Part shown: positions 20,148 through 29,430 of the stretch, piece by piece
Position numbering within the stretch: the stretch's first letter is position 1
Layout of the letters: each line of letters opens with the position of its first letter
Virus record (IMG/VR): IMGVR_UViG_3300050821_005171
Location: 1-64,000 of that record
Origin: a virus
DNA: 64,000 nt
Strand: one strand, 5' to 3'
Program-made: the position numbers and the translations under genes
The notes under the pieces: model-generated
What the model was told of the DNA's origin: nothing
The model's database searches: none
What the model saw: the letters and a program-made list of their open reading frames with translations, nothing else

Positions 20148-20699
20148 CTACATGACTCCGGCCAGGAACAACGTCCAGGCAATGTCTTCGGTACCGCTGT
20201 GCTGAAGCCGCAGAATGTTCGATGAGTTGTTGGCGACTGGCCATCCAGCCAGCCTGTTCGTCATGAAGATGTGGTCGCCGGCTCCGCAGGTTAGTTGGCA
20301 GTCGACATTCCCATTAAACGGGGCATCCCAAGCGTGCCCGGCGCTTCCGGCTCCGCCCACGAGCAGGACTGCATCCGGGTTTAGAACGAAGCCGCCCGAG
20401 CCGTTAGGGGTTCCGTTATTTTGAATGAACAGCATCTTGATCGTGGCGAAGTCAATGACGTCCTCAAAGACGTCCTGAAGCACCCCCCAGAGATTGAGGT
20501 CCGTGATCGGCGATCCGGCCGTCACGACACCTTCTCCCTGATAAGTCATGTTGGCCTGGGCCAGAACGCCACTGTTTCCCTGCGACAGCGTGCATGAGGC
20601 GCTGAGCCTCCCAGCGTTCTGCAACGTCCCGATCAGGGGAATCTTGTTGAAGTTCCACCCGATCGACAGGCCGTGCGTCACCCTGAGAGATGTCGTCAT
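20148..20699 (-). CDS. Virion structural protein
   Basis: DLNLWGVLQDVFEDVIDFATIKMLFIQN, beta-rich; first gene after the hairpin. Confidence 0.55.
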   Translation of the reverse strand: MTTSLRVTHGLSIGWNFNKIPLIGTLQNAGRLSASCTLSQGNSGVLAQANMTYQGEGVVTAGSPITDLNLWGVLQDVFEDVIDFATIKMLFIQNNGTPNGSGGFVLNPDAVLLVGGAGSAGHAWDAPFNGNVDCQLTCGAGDHIFMTNRLAGWPVANNSSNILRLQHSGTEDIAWTLFLAGVM

Positions 20700-20741
20700 G
20701 TCGCGCTAGTCCGGAAGCCTTATGCCGCAACGGTTTAGGTT

Positions 20742-20759
20742 CTGTTACGAAATCATTTC
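20742..20759 (-). promoter_or_regulatory. Motif B copy (GAAATGATTTCGTAACAG)
   Basis: Repeated oriented motif, ~50 bp upstream of start 20699. Confidence 0.7.
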
Positions 20760-20761
20760 TC

Positions 20762-20805
20762 AAAACGAAAAAAGCCGGGGCAGGAATTGATATTCCCGAC
20801 CCGGC
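20762..20805 (-). terminator. Intrinsic terminator/attenuator hairpin upstream of tail genes
   Basis: GCCGGGTCGGGAAT-ATCA-ATTCCTGCCCCGGC followed by TTTTTTCGTTTT. Confidence 0.8.
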
Positions 20806-20852
20806 CGCACTATCCGCGATGGACGTGAACCGATATCGACACTGCACAGGCG

Positions 20853-21155
20853 TCAGTCAGACGAAACCGGTTCCCCTTCAGTCCCGGTATCAACTGGGCG
20901 ATGGTTACCGCCAGCAACCATTTCCTCAAGGGCGTTCGTGAAACCCCTGAGTCGCTGGTCGCTTACCTTCCTGATCTCCTGAATTGTTCCCTTACTGACG
21001 AGCAGCGTCAATCCCACTGTTCCGTTGAAGTCCCTGATGCAGACTTCGGACAGGATTTGCTGCAATGCTGCGCGGGCCAATGCCCCGAAGTTCCGATTTG
21101 TATCGGTTCCGAGGAGGCTATCGCCAACTATGGTGCCTGGACGTGGCGGCGTCAT
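20853..21155 (-). CDS. Small DUF2292/YezD-like protein
   Basis: ILSEVCIRDFNGTVGLTLLVSKGTIQEIRKV helix plus beta-hairpin pattern. Confidence 0.55.
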   Translation of the reverse strand: MTPPRPGTIVGDSLLGTDTNRNFGALARAALQQILSEVCIRDFNGTVGLTLLVSKGTIQEIRKVSDQRLRGFTNALEEMVAGGNHRPVDTGTEGEPVSSD

Positions 21156-21423
21156 TGTGACGTTGTACCACACCGGAAGCACGCCTGTCGCTCCAGCCAT
21201 TCCAATCCTGACCGCCGAACACGTTGGTGTCGCTCCAGGCCGACAGACGATTATGGCTGTCGTACAAGTCTTCTCCGTGGAAGGCATTTGGCAGCGTGCG
21301 GCCGGCATAGTGGCCATGCATGTACAGGTTCGATCCACCGAACGAATTTGGGACGGTGCGGTCCTGGGCCAGCATGACTCCAGAGGAAGCGACGAACACG
21401 AGCGTTGCGAGAACGGCTCTCAT
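21118..21423 (-). CDS. Small secreted protein (moron-like)
   Basis: Signal peptide MRAVLATLVFVA; three NxF(G/H)G repeats. Confidence 0.6.
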   Translation of the reverse strand: MRAVLATLVFVASSGVMLAQDRTVPNSFGGSNLYMHGHYAGRTLPNAFHGEDLYDSHNRLSAWSDTNVFGGQDWNGWSDRRASGVVQRHNDAATSRHHSWR

Positions 21424-21476
21424 TTCTGGGCTCCGAATAGGTTGATGTGTAATCACAATGTGCATACACACTGTAC

Positions 21477-21950
21477 CTAATTGTTGCCCTGCTTAACAAC
21501 ATCGTTGCGGCGATTGACCTTGTAGGTCAGCATGCCCTGGTAAATCCCGTCACCTGCGTACCCTGGCGCTCGGCAGATGTGCTCACCGGTGCGGCGACAG
21601 AGCAGCGAGTACCCAGTGTTCGTATCGAACTCAAGTTGGGCATCGTCGTAGATCGACTTGAGCTGATCGATGATCAGGCCGCACTGATCCTTGGGGTCGT
21701 TGACGCCGTCCTCTTTGACGTACACGCAAATCTGGAATACGACGTCCTGGAACTCGCCAAAGTACCCGGAATACGAGCCGCTGGACCACCTACGCGAAGC
21801 TGTACTGACGGGGCTGAACACAGCGTAGGGGAATGGCGTGTTAGCCGGAGCCTCTCCGTCCCAGATGCTTCCGGCCACAATCGAGTCGAGCAGATTGTCC
21901 GTCCACAGGCCAACAATCGCCTTGTCGACCTGCGTCGATGACGACGTCAT
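21477..21950 (-). CDS. Tail completion/terminator protein (DUF3168-like)
   Basis: IWDGEAPANTPFPYAVF...FQICVY. Confidence 0.75.
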   Translation of the reverse strand: MTSSSTQVDKAIVGLWTDNLLDSIVAGSIWDGEAPANTPFPYAVFSPVSTASRRWSSGSYSGYFGEFQDVVFQICVYVKEDGVNDPKDQCGLIIDQLKSIYDDAQLEFDTNTGYSLLCRRTGEHICRAPGYAGDGIYQGMLTYKVNRRNDVVKQGNN

Positions 21951-22051
21951 TAAGACTTGGCCTTAGCCTCTTTGCCCTTGGCGACAGATGCCCTGCGGTC
22001 CTTGGGCTTGTTCTTGGGGCGCGCCGGCTTTGGTGTTGATTGCTCTGCCAT
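21950..22051 (-). CDS. 33-aa Lys/Arg-rich peptide
   Basis: MAEQSTPKPARPKNKPKDRRASVAKGKEAKAKS fills the gap exactly; TAATG coupling. Confidence 0.5.
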   Translation of the reverse strand: MAEQSTPKPARPKNKPKDRRASVAKGKEAKAKS

Positions 22052-22054
22052 TGG

Positions 22055-22741
22055 TTAAATCTCGTAATCTGGGCCACTGGGAAGATTGGCCGGGAACTGA
22101 GCGCTGACACTCACGGCACCCGGTGCGACACCCTTGCCGAGCGGGGTCGCCATGATCCGCATGATAGCATCCTGCTCTTCGCTCAGGGTACGCCGAAGGA
22201 ACGATCGCTGGAGGATCGGCTTGCGTCTGGCAAATGTTCGGAGCAGATAGAGCCTGCCGGCGATCGTCACGATTCCGGCCCGTCTCATCAAGGCCCTGTT
22301 GCTGTTGCCCTTCTTGATTCGCCTTCCGCCCTTACCGGGACGCCGAACGCTTTCCATGATCCGAGCCGCGTCCGCAGCGCTAATCGGGATCGTCATGGCC
22401 TTCTTCTTAGTGGGCCGCATGTCGGCCCCAGTGGTGCCGACCTCCTGCCACAGCCCATGCGGAGAGTTAGTGCCAACGATGCCCGAGAAGTTCGTTTTGT
22501 CTAACTGGACGAACATTCGCCTAATAATGTCGCCACTGACCGCCCTGGGATAATTTCCCGGGGCCGACGGCGCTTCGACTGGAGACTGCCCCTGGCTGAC
22601 GTTCTCAATCACCTTCGTGCGGAGATGCTCACAGACTCTCTGTACCCGGTTATTGACCTCGGTTTTGAGAGCCCGTGTGAATTTTTCAGCACTCCAGGTG
22701 AACTTTACGTTGCTGATAATTTGCACAGAGACATCCGCCAT
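22055..22741 (-). CDS. HK97 gp10-like neck/tail component
   Basis: PSAPGNYP...VGTNSPHGLWQEVGT...RSFLRRTL. Confidence 0.8.
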   Translation of the reverse strand: MADVSVQIISNVKFTWSAEKFTRALKTEVNNRVQRVCEHLRTKVIENVSQGQSPVEAPSAPGNYPRAVSGDIIRRMFVQLDKTNFSGIVGTNSPHGLWQEVGTTGADMRPTKKKAMTIPISAADAARIMESVRRPGKGGRRIKKGNSNRALMRRAGIVTIAGRLYLLRTFARRKPILQRSFLRRTLSEEQDAIMRIMATPLGKGVAPGAVSVSAQFPANLPSGPDYEI

Positions 22742-23478
22742 TCCTGATGCACGATCATGTACGGCCTTCCGAATGGATCAACGTAATCGCCCATCGCGTC
22801 CTTGATGGCCTGGACCCCATATCGGACACCCTCTCCGGTCAGACACAGGTCGGATATCGCTGGGTGGTGGACGTTTTTTCCGAATCCGCACTTCCAGGCC
22901 AGGAAGTTGGCCACGGCTTGATCGGTGTATGTTCGCGAGCAGTTGGCCGTATACGTGAGCAGCGTTTCGTAAAACGCGATAAGGTTCCACTTTGAGCCGA
23001 TGTGCGTCCCGCCGTTGACAACATCTCTGGGCAACAAGTCTCGCCAATCGTGCGGCCTGAACTTCTCCTGATCCTCCCTGTTAAATTGCGAATCGGCGTG
23101 CGTCATTCCTTCCGAGACGAGGTGCAGGCCCTTCATGACCGGGATGTCGACCTGAAACGTAACGTCGCACGAGTCCGTGTGAATGACGGTCTCGTACTCG
23201 CACTTACGCATGAAATCGAGCCGGGCCATATAGCAATCCAGCGCAAATCGGTTCGATTCGCGATCTGGAATGACCTTCTTTTCCCGCTTGAGAATGTGGA
23301 CCCCGGCCCCGTTCAGCATCGTCTCGAACCATCCTGGCAGCTCATTGGTGGCGACGACGTGGTCGCAATCCGTCAGGTTTTGGAGCGACTCGACGTAGCG
23401 CTCCAGACCCTCCCGATGACTGTCGCACCAGTGCGAGCCATGTGCTCCGGCCAAGGTGCATTTCCTATTCATCGCCAT
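22705..23478 (-). CDS. GT-A fold glycosyltransferase within the neck module
   Basis: HTDSCDVTFQVD...VNGGTHIG...DQAVANF...IVHQ. Confidence 0.65.
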   Translation of the reverse strand: MAMNRKCTLAGAHGSHWCDSHREGLERYVESLQNLTDCDHVVATNELPGWFETMLNGAGVHILKREKKVIPDRESNRFALDCYMARLDFMRKCEYETVIHTDSCDVTFQVDIPVMKGLHLVSEGMTHADSQFNREDQEKFRPHDWRDLLPRDVVNGGTHIGSKWNLIAFYETLLTYTANCSRTYTDQAVANFLAWKCGFGKNVHHPAISDLCLTGEGVRYGVQAIKDAMGDYVDPFGRPYMIVHQEWRMSLCKLSAT

Positions 23479-23512
23479 GCGCCGGGAGCCTTTTGTAGAA
23501 ACGATTTAAGTG

Positions 23513-23530
23513 CTATTGCGAAATGATTTC
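23513..23530 (-). promoter_or_regulatory. Motif B copy (GAAATCATTTCGCAATAG)
   Basis: Intergenic; degenerate second copy at 23498-23508. Confidence 0.7.
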
Positions 23531-23773
23531 TCAGGCGTCTCCGAGGTGCGAAACGGAAGTCGGATACCCTTCCCAGGCATGCGGAACTTTCTCGACGATT
23601 CTTCGGTCCAAGTGGGCCTGGGATTTCTTGGGGCTCCCTGGTTCGCAGATTGCGGGCACCTTCACCACCAGTCGGCCCCCTGCGGCCTTGACCTCGATCC
23701 CTTGGGCTCCGTGGTTTTGGAGCATGTGGGCTCGCAGCCTCTGGGCTGCCTGAATCAATCGTTCGTCTATCAT
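23531..23773 (-). CDS. Hypothetical protein
   Basis: ORF coupled to the head-closure gene. Confidence 0.5.
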   Translation of the reverse strand: MIDERLIQAAQRLRAHMLQNHGAQGIEVKAAGGRLVVKVPAICEPGSPKKSQAHLDRRIVEKVPHAWEGYPTSVSHLGDA

Positions 23774-24111
23774 TGCTTGGCCAGAATCTCCTGCAATTCG
23801 GCCCTGTACAATCGCTTCAGTTCGTCGAAGCTGCGGCGGCCAACGACCCAGAAAATGCGAGGCTTCGGCCCGAACAGAATCTGGTCCTTGGGCTGCAAGC
23901 TGTAGATGTCCGCAAGGAAGTACATTACGTTGTCGTACTCGACGCTGGCCCTATCGTAAGGGTCGTCGGATGCCGTGTTGATCGGCTGGATTCTGCACTG
24001 CATCGTTCCGAGCGGTTGCCAGCCGCGAATCGCCGCGCCGGTCGCGCCCTTCGTGATGGCTTGCCTGCGAACCGTGACAGTGTGGATCGACGCGAGCGAC
24101 TGAAGGCTCAT
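23770..24111 (-). CDS. Head-closure (stopper) protein
   Basis: HTVTVRRQ...MQCRIQP...LQPKDQI; ATG at 24111. Confidence 0.75.
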   Translation of the reverse strand: MSLQSLASIHTVTVRRQAITKGATGAAIRGWQPLGTMQCRIQPINTASDDPYDRASVEYDNVMYFLADIYSLQPKDQILFGPKPRIFWVVGRRSFDELKRLYRAELQEILAKQ

Positions 24112-24236
24112 ATGCGGACAATTATTGCACAGTGCGTTGCCAACCAACAACTTCGGATCGGTTTGCCTTGTCGATTCTGGTAATATCAACTCGTAGATTT
24201 TCTGAATCTGTTGGGTAGTTTTGAGAGGACCTTACC

Positions 24237-24590
24237 ATGAAATTTCTGATCGTTTCGATTGCCGCTCTTGCCTGCCTGCTGCTGGGCACGTCCCAGGTCC
24301 AGGCCCACCATCACCGACATTGTTGCTGCCAGCGCGTGACTGTCTGCGTCGCGGTTCCGGCCTGCCCGTGTGGTGCTGTTTGCAACTGCGGCGCAACGTG
24401 CCCGTGTCCCGGATGTCCAGTGCATCACCCCGAGAACGTCGCTCCGGCGTGCTCAGCACCATCGTGCAATACAGGCCCAGTCGTCGCGACGCCTGCGATC
24501 GTGAAGCCGAAAGTTGTCGCGCCAGTTCCTGAGACGGCAACGCACCACGTCCACCAGAAGCAAAACCCGACCAACCGCACGAGGCACTAA
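24237..24590 (+). CDS. Secreted Cys/His-rich protein
   Basis: Signal peptide, then HHHRHCCC...CPCGAVCNCGATCPCPGC. Confidence 0.65.
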   Translation: MKFLIVSIAALACLLLGTSQVQAHHHRHCCCQRVTVCVAVPACPCGAVCNCGATCPCPGCPVHHPENVAPACSAPSCNTGPVVATPAIVKPKVVAPVPETATHHVHQKQNPTNRTRH

Positions 24591-24705
24591 ACACAAACAG
24601 CGTCACAACTTATCCACTGTAACGCCGAGCTGAACCCGTAACGAATCCACCATCTCTTCGGTGCGGGCCGGCAAGGACAAACAAAAGGACTGGAACCACG
24701 ATGCG

Positions 24706-25044
24706 ATGGACGCAGCAACCAAAGCGCGCCTCTGGATTCTCGCTTCGAGCTTCGCTATCGCAGCGTTCGCCGGGATGGCGGCGTACCTGCGAGTCGCCAA
24801 GTGGGACCGCAGAAAGCTGCCAGAACTGGCAATGGGAGCCGCCTCCGCCCTAGCCAATGGCGGCTGCATCGGCATCATCGCATGTGCTTTCTGCTATTGG
24901 AAATACAACGGCGAACCGGATATGTTCGTCGTGTTCGGGTCAAGTTCCGCCCTCGGGCTTGGCGGATTAGAGATGGTCAACTTCGTACTCAGGATCGTCC
25001 AGCATCACATGACGCTGACGCCGGGCGATCGGGAGAAGAAATGA
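24706..25044 (+). CDS. Putative holin (LydA-like, about 3 TM)
   Basis: Hydrophobic helices, LGLGG motif, charged C-terminus. Confidence 0.6.
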   Translation: MDAATKARLWILASSFAIAAFAGMAAYLRVAKWDRRKLPELAMGAASALANGGCIGIIACAFCYWKYNGEPDMFVVFGSSSALGLGGLEMVNFVLRIVQHHMTLTPGDREKK

Positions 25045-25580
25045 TGAGCCCGACGCTTCCCAGAAAGCTGTCTCTGGCCTCGATGGTGCTGTCGGTTACC
25101 ACGGCCATCGGCCTGGGCATCCTGTTCAACGCTCGCGAGAACGACCGCCGCGAGAATCAGGCTGCTGCCAGACTGGCGACCGACGTCAAGAAACAGGCGT
25201 CCGCCCAGGGAAACCTGATTAACACCATCCTATTCGCAACGGACCTCGCGATTGTCACGGTGAGCGATAAGGGCGACATCGTTGGCTGGAATGAGGGGGC
25301 TGTCCGCAAGTTCGGCTATACCCAAGCAGACATGATTGGAAAGTCCCTCGGCACCCTGATGCCGGATGCCCAAAGCGCTGATCGTCACAAGCGGGCGTTT
25401 AACGACCACACAGTAACCGATTGGGTGCGTCGAGGGATTGCAATGGATTGCACAATGCCCACTAAAAGCGGCGGAAAAAGGCACGTCCTGGTATTCGCCT
25501 ACGAAATCGACCAGCCGCCAGCCAAGTTTGCGGCTATCATCCATACCCCGGCGTTCGTGGTGATCAAGGACAAGGGATAG
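25041..25580 (+). CDS. Membrane-anchored PAS-domain protein
   Basis: N-terminal TM; AIVTVSDKGDIVGWNEGAVRKFGYTQADMIGKSLGTLMP. Confidence 0.85.
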   Translation: MMSPTLPRKLSLASMVLSVTTAIGLGILFNARENDRRENQAAARLATDVKKQASAQGNLINTILFATDLAIVTVSDKGDIVGWNEGAVRKFGYTQADMIGKSLGTLMPDAQSADRHKRAFNDHTVTDWVRRGIAMDCTMPTKSGGKRHVLVFAYEIDQPPAKFAAIIHTPAFVVIKDKG

Positions 25581-25601
25581 TGGAAGCGGCGGGCCACATG
25601 A

Positions 25602-26099
25602 ATGAAGAACGAAGACGGCGGTTGGACCATCCGGACGCTGCGTAAGTTTTCCATCCAGCAGATCAGAAACCTTGAGAAATATGTTGCGAGGCGGTTCAAG
25701 GACCTTGAGAAGCGGCTCGACCAACGGTGGTCTTCTGACCAGACAGCGATCAGTAAGGTCAATGAAATCCGGCAAGTAGTGAGTGACCTCGGGAACCGAA
25801 TCGAGAGAATGGTCAGTCGCGACGAGATGAATACTCGCATCACCTCGGTGGAAAGCCTGCTCAAAGAAGCGGCGAACACCGCGAAGGCGGCCACGGACGG
25901 CCATTTCTCAATTAACCGGGAGAAGATTGAAAAGAATGAGGCCGCTCTCGGGGCACTGTCGAAGGATGTCACTGAGCTTAAAACCAAGAGCGGCACCGTT
26001 GAGACGGGTTCGCAAAAGATATGGGAGCGAGCCGGTGTAATTATCAGCTTGGCAGTCGCCATAGCCGCGCTGGTGTCGGCATTCTGGAATAGGAAGTGA
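25602..26099 (+). CDS. Coiled-coil protein with C-terminal TM
   Basis: Heptad region then VIISLAVAIAALVSAFW. Confidence 0.65.
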   Translation: MKNEDGGWTIRTLRKFSIQQIRNLEKYVARRFKDLEKRLDQRWSSDQTAISKVNEIRQVVSDLGNRIERMVSRDEMNTRITSVESLLKEAANTAKAATDGHFSINREKIEKNEAALGALSKDVTELKTKSGTVETGSQKIWERAGVIISLAVAIAALVSAFWNRK

Positions 26100-26103
26100 A
26101 CCC

Positions 26104-26313
26104 ATGAAGGCCGCCACTAAAAATACCCCAGAAATTCAGGAAGCCAGGGCGGTCATCGTGATGCTACTTAACGACCCGCACGGCAACTTCGGCAGCTTGC
26201 AAGTCGTCAGGGAATGCGCGAAGGGCGGCTGCCATCCTCGCGATTGCGAGAATGCTCGTCGGGTGCTCCGCGTCCTCGGGGAGAGCTGGGAAGAAGAATT
26301 GGAGGAGCGATAG
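26104..26313 (+). CDS. Hypothetical protein
   Basis: Tightly packed ORF. Confidence 0.5.
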   Translation: MKAATKNTPEIQEARAVIVMLLNDPHGNFGSLQVVRECAKGGCHPRDCENARRVLRVLGESWEEELEER

Positions 26314-26315
26314 CA

Positions 26316-26651
26316 GTGCCGGAATGGATCAGCGGACCTTGGGGAAAGTTTCTCGCATTCATCGCCACGTCGATCGTTTCCGGCGCTGTGGCAGCCGGAA
26401 CCACGGCGGTTCATTTCTACTACGAGACGAAACAGCAAATCGCGGTTCTCAAAGAGCAGATGACTGAAGTGCAGAACCGATTAGAGCTGAGAGTCGCCGC
26501 CAACGAGCGCAAGAGCCTGAAACACGAAGTTCAGATCGCATCGGTTGTCAGGAAGCAGGACCAGATATTCGGCAAAGAAGCCCCGGTGGGCGACGCGATG
26601 CCTCAATTTTCTCCGGTCTCGCCGCCAGCTCCCAGTAAAGGACCGCAATGA
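26316..26651 (+). CDS. Membrane protein with coiled coil
   Basis: N-terminal TM; GTG start. Confidence 0.55.
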   Translation: MPEWISGPWGKFLAFIATSIVSGAVAAGTTAVHFYYETKQQIAVLKEQMTEVQNRLELRVAANERKSLKHEVQIASVVRKQDQIFGKEAPVGDAMPQFSPVSPPAPSKGPQ

Positions 26652-27073
26652 ACACTGACGACACGACCAAGGCCGCCAACAAAATCGTGGCCTGGATTGG
26701 CGCGAACAAGACCCACGTCTTCGCCGTCGCCGGGGCAGCCCTAGCCGGGGCAGGCTACTTCCTCAAGATTCTGTCCTGGGAGCAGGCGGTCGCCGTCGCC
26801 ACCGCGTGCGGAGGGTTCTCGTGGTTGCAGAACATCACAAACACCCAAACTAAACAGATCAAAGAGGCAACCGGAGACCAAACCGAGCACCTAAACCTTG
26901 CGGCCGACCTGCGCGCCGATCACATCAACGAAGTGTCAGAAACTGCGGCAGCCGCAGCGGTTACCGCCATCCGACCGGACGTCCACGAGGAAGCGGCCCA
27001 CACAAAGATCAAGCAGGCGGTTGCTAAAAAGGTCACCAAACCGCATGCTCGCAAATATCACGAACATCCGTAA
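26648..27073 (+). CDS. Holin-like 2-TM protein
   Basis: GANKTHVFAVAGAAL...; two hydrophobic segments. Confidence 0.5.
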   Translation: MNTDDTTKAANKIVAWIGANKTHVFAVAGAALAGAGYFLKILSWEQAVAVATACGGFSWLQNITNTQTKQIKEATGDQTEHLNLAADLRADHINEVSETAAAAAVTAIRPDVHEEAAHTKIKQAVAKKVTKPHARKYHEHP

Positions 27074-27101
27074 CCGAACCACTAATTTTTAGGAAAGAAA
27101 A

Positions 27102-27566
27102 ATGTCCGGACCTGTTGGAGCGACCGTTATTGTCAATCCCACCACCTACAAGGAAATGCTGGCTCGCAACGAGTCAGTGTTCCTGAAACAGCACCATTTT
27201 TTCACCAGCGGAATTTTTGCCAGCCATTGGTTCCCGCTCGACAGCGAGGCCCAGTTTGACAGCCTGCATAAGTACGCTGCCAATGCCCTCGCCGCTCAGG
27301 GTTCCGTGGACTGGACGACTGTGGGACGCCCTGGCAATCTTCAGGTGGCCAATCCGCTCAGGGCCAAAGTCCTAGCGGCCGTCATCGCCGGAGAGTACCC
27401 GGGACAGGAAACTGTTTCGGTGCTTTTGTCCGACGCCTTTGAGCTGGTAATCGCGCTTTATCTCGGCGCAGTTCAGACCCAGCTTGCCACGGGCAACTAT
27501 GGGACCACGCCAGATCAGCAGTATGCCCAGGTCCAACTGTGGCAGAACCAAGCGAACGCGGCGTAG
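27102..27566 (+). CDS. Hypothetical protein
   Basis: AGGA RBS; 154 aa. Confidence 0.6.
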   Translation: MSGPVGATVIVNPTTYKEMLARNESVFLKQHHFFTSGIFASHWFPLDSEAQFDSLHKYAANALAAQGSVDWTTVGRPGNLQVANPLRAKVLAAVIAGEYPGQETVSVLLSDAFELVIALYLGAVQTQLATGNYGTTPDQQYAQVQLWQNQANAA

Positions 27567-27611
27567 TTTCGGGAGCCCTCATTTTCAGGAATCACGATCG
27601 GCCGCAATTTA

Positions 27612-28097
27612 ATGCCCCGGACAATCCAATGTCTGCCCATGTTCCTGTTGGTGCTAATGCCAATGACTTCTCCGGCACTAGCAGGACAGGGCCGGCAGGA
27701 GATCGTGATTGAAGTCAATCACAACAGGACCGCAGTCTGCAATTGGATCGAGCTTAAGCACCGGCTTGTCGAGGAGAGCACCGGGGCCAAGGTGGTAGCG
27801 ATCGACTACAGCACAGTGATCTTCTCGAAGGAAACTAAATACGGACTAGAGGTGTTCAATCTCCGCAGGTATGGAAGCCTCGGAGATTACCGGGGAAGGT
27901 TCACTTCTAGCCTTCGTGGCAACCTGAGAGACTTCGGATATCGAATTGTCGTCAGCCCGATCTCTGACACTAAAAGCGAAATCCGAATCTTGATGATCGC
28001 CACCTGTGAAGAAACCAGCTCGGTGGCAGTGAATATCGAGCTGCGTAAGTCATTGCGTTTGATGCGAGAGTTTTTGACGCAACATCTTGTGAATTGA
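27612..28097 (+). CDS. Secreted hypothetical protein
   Basis: Signal peptide ending in ALA. Confidence 0.55.
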   Translation: MPRTIQCLPMFLLVLMPMTSPALAGQGRQEIVIEVNHNRTAVCNWIELKHRLVEESTGAKVVAIDYSTVIFSKETKYGLEVFNLRRYGSLGDYRGRFTSSLRGNLRDFGYRIVVSPISDTKSEIRILMIATCEETSSVAVNIELRKSLRLMREFLTQHLVN

Positions 28098-28105
28098 GGT
28101 GTGAG

Positions 28106-28285
28106 ATGCCAAAGGGAATTCTGTTCTGGGTGCTCATGTTGCTGACCCTGATCTTTGGCGTTTTTTGGAACTATCGCGTTCCGGCCGGGCAGCAGCCGAA
28201 CTATGGCGTGCTCGGAATGAACCTGCTCAACTGGGTGCTTCTGGCGCTTCTCGGTTGGGCGGTGTTCGGCTTTGCAATTCAATAG
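28106..28285 (+). CDS. Small 2-TM membrane protein
   Basis: ILFWVLMLL...LGWAVFG; GAGG RBS. Confidence 0.65.
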   Translation: MPKGILFWVLMLLTLIFGVFWNYRVPAGQQPNYGVLGMNLLNWVLLALLGWAVFGFAIQ

Positions 28286-28305
28286 CCACGAGCCCGGACC
28301 TGACG

Positions 28306-28830
28306 ATGAAGTCGTATATCGCTATGCTCCAGCAGACCAAGCCCGAATACCTGAAGCACAATGCGCATTGGTGGAACCTCGGGACCCCCAACTATGGCCA
28401 GCTTGGGGATGAGCACACGTTCAACCGTTGGCACTCTGCCGCAACTCAGGCAATCGCTAAGTATGTGGCGCAGGGACATTCGCTCAACTGGACGCCGGGC
28501 CTGACGTCCTATTGCGCGGCCCTCGTGGGAGTCAAGGGTGACACCAACGCTCTGGGCGACCATACCGCATACGGATTGACGCCGAATGAGTGGAAGATCA
28601 TTGAGTTGGCCTTTGAAGCGATTGTCACGATCGCCATTGTCTTGCTTTTTCCGCCGCTAGGAATCATCGCCGGATTCGTTGCCGAGGCGGCCTGGATCAT
28701 TTGTAAATTCCTGGTGGCGTTAATCATCGCAAATCTGGCCATCGATGTTCTAAGCGGCGCCTATGGGGTCGGCGGTCAAGATTACTCGTCCCAGCTCACA
28801 TCGTGGGCGCAAGAGGCCCCTGCTGTATGA
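28306..28830 (+). CDS. Membrane protein
   Basis: Long hydrophobic C-terminal hairpin. Confidence 0.6.
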   Translation: MKSYIAMLQQTKPEYLKHNAHWWNLGTPNYGQLGDEHTFNRWHSAATQAIAKYVAQGHSLNWTPGLTSYCAALVGVKGDTNALGDHTAYGLTPNEWKIIELAFEAIVTIAIVLLFPPLGIIAGFVAEAAWIICKFLVALIIANLAIDVLSGAYGVGGQDYSSQLTSWAQEAPAV

Positions 28831-29222
28831 GCAAGCTCGCAACAGTCGTGTTCGTCGCCGCCGTCTGCATCACCATCGTCCACCTTCGTTCAGGGAACCT
28901 CTCCGATCCAGTCCCGGGCCCAGCCCCGATAGTCACAAACAGCCAGGGCGGATTGGCACTCAAGAAGTTCGGCCAGGACGCTGCCAAGGCTTATTTTGAG
29001 CTGGAACGACGCACCAAGTTGCCCAAGGGCGACCCGCAAAAGTTCAAGAGCTTCGGTGAGCAGAAGTCTTTCCTGAAAGCCCAGGGAGCCGTTGCAGACG
29101 AGGACGCTTTCGGCCCTCTCGCCGACCGACTCTCTAAGGCGATGGGCGAAAAATACGACGAGGACAAGCTGGCTGCTGAAGAGCACAAAATCGGCCAGGA
29201 GCTGCTTGATGCCAGCAAGTAG
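28827..29222 (+). CDS. Exported protein with Pro-rich linker
   Basis: N-terminal TM, PVPGPAP. Confidence 0.6.
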   Translation: MSKLATVVFVAAVCITIVHLRSGNLSDPVPGPAPIVTNSQGGLALKKFGQDAAKAYFELERRTKLPKGDPQKFKSFGEQKSFLKAQGAVADEDAFGPLADRLSKAMGEKYDEDKLAAEEHKIGQELLDASK

Positions 29223-29430
29223 CGGCACGCCATTCGGCAAAGTACGACTGCTTATCAAGAAGGCCAAAGAGACTCCGGATGGCGCTCACGAGAAATACGT
29301 GGCACTGGCACAACTGAGAACGATAGCGGCGGCACTGATCGAGGCCGCTCCGCACGATGCCCTGATCGAGTTTTGTGAGTTCCTCTGCAAATACAGAGAG
29401 CGAATGGATGCTGCAAATACTGCTCGCTGA
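29209..29430 (+). CDS. Hypothetical protein
   Basis: Overlapping operon ORF. Confidence 0.5.
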   Translation: MPASSGTPFGKVRLLIKKAKETPDGAHEKYVALAQLRTIAAALIEAAPHDALIEFCEFLCKYRERMDAANTAR

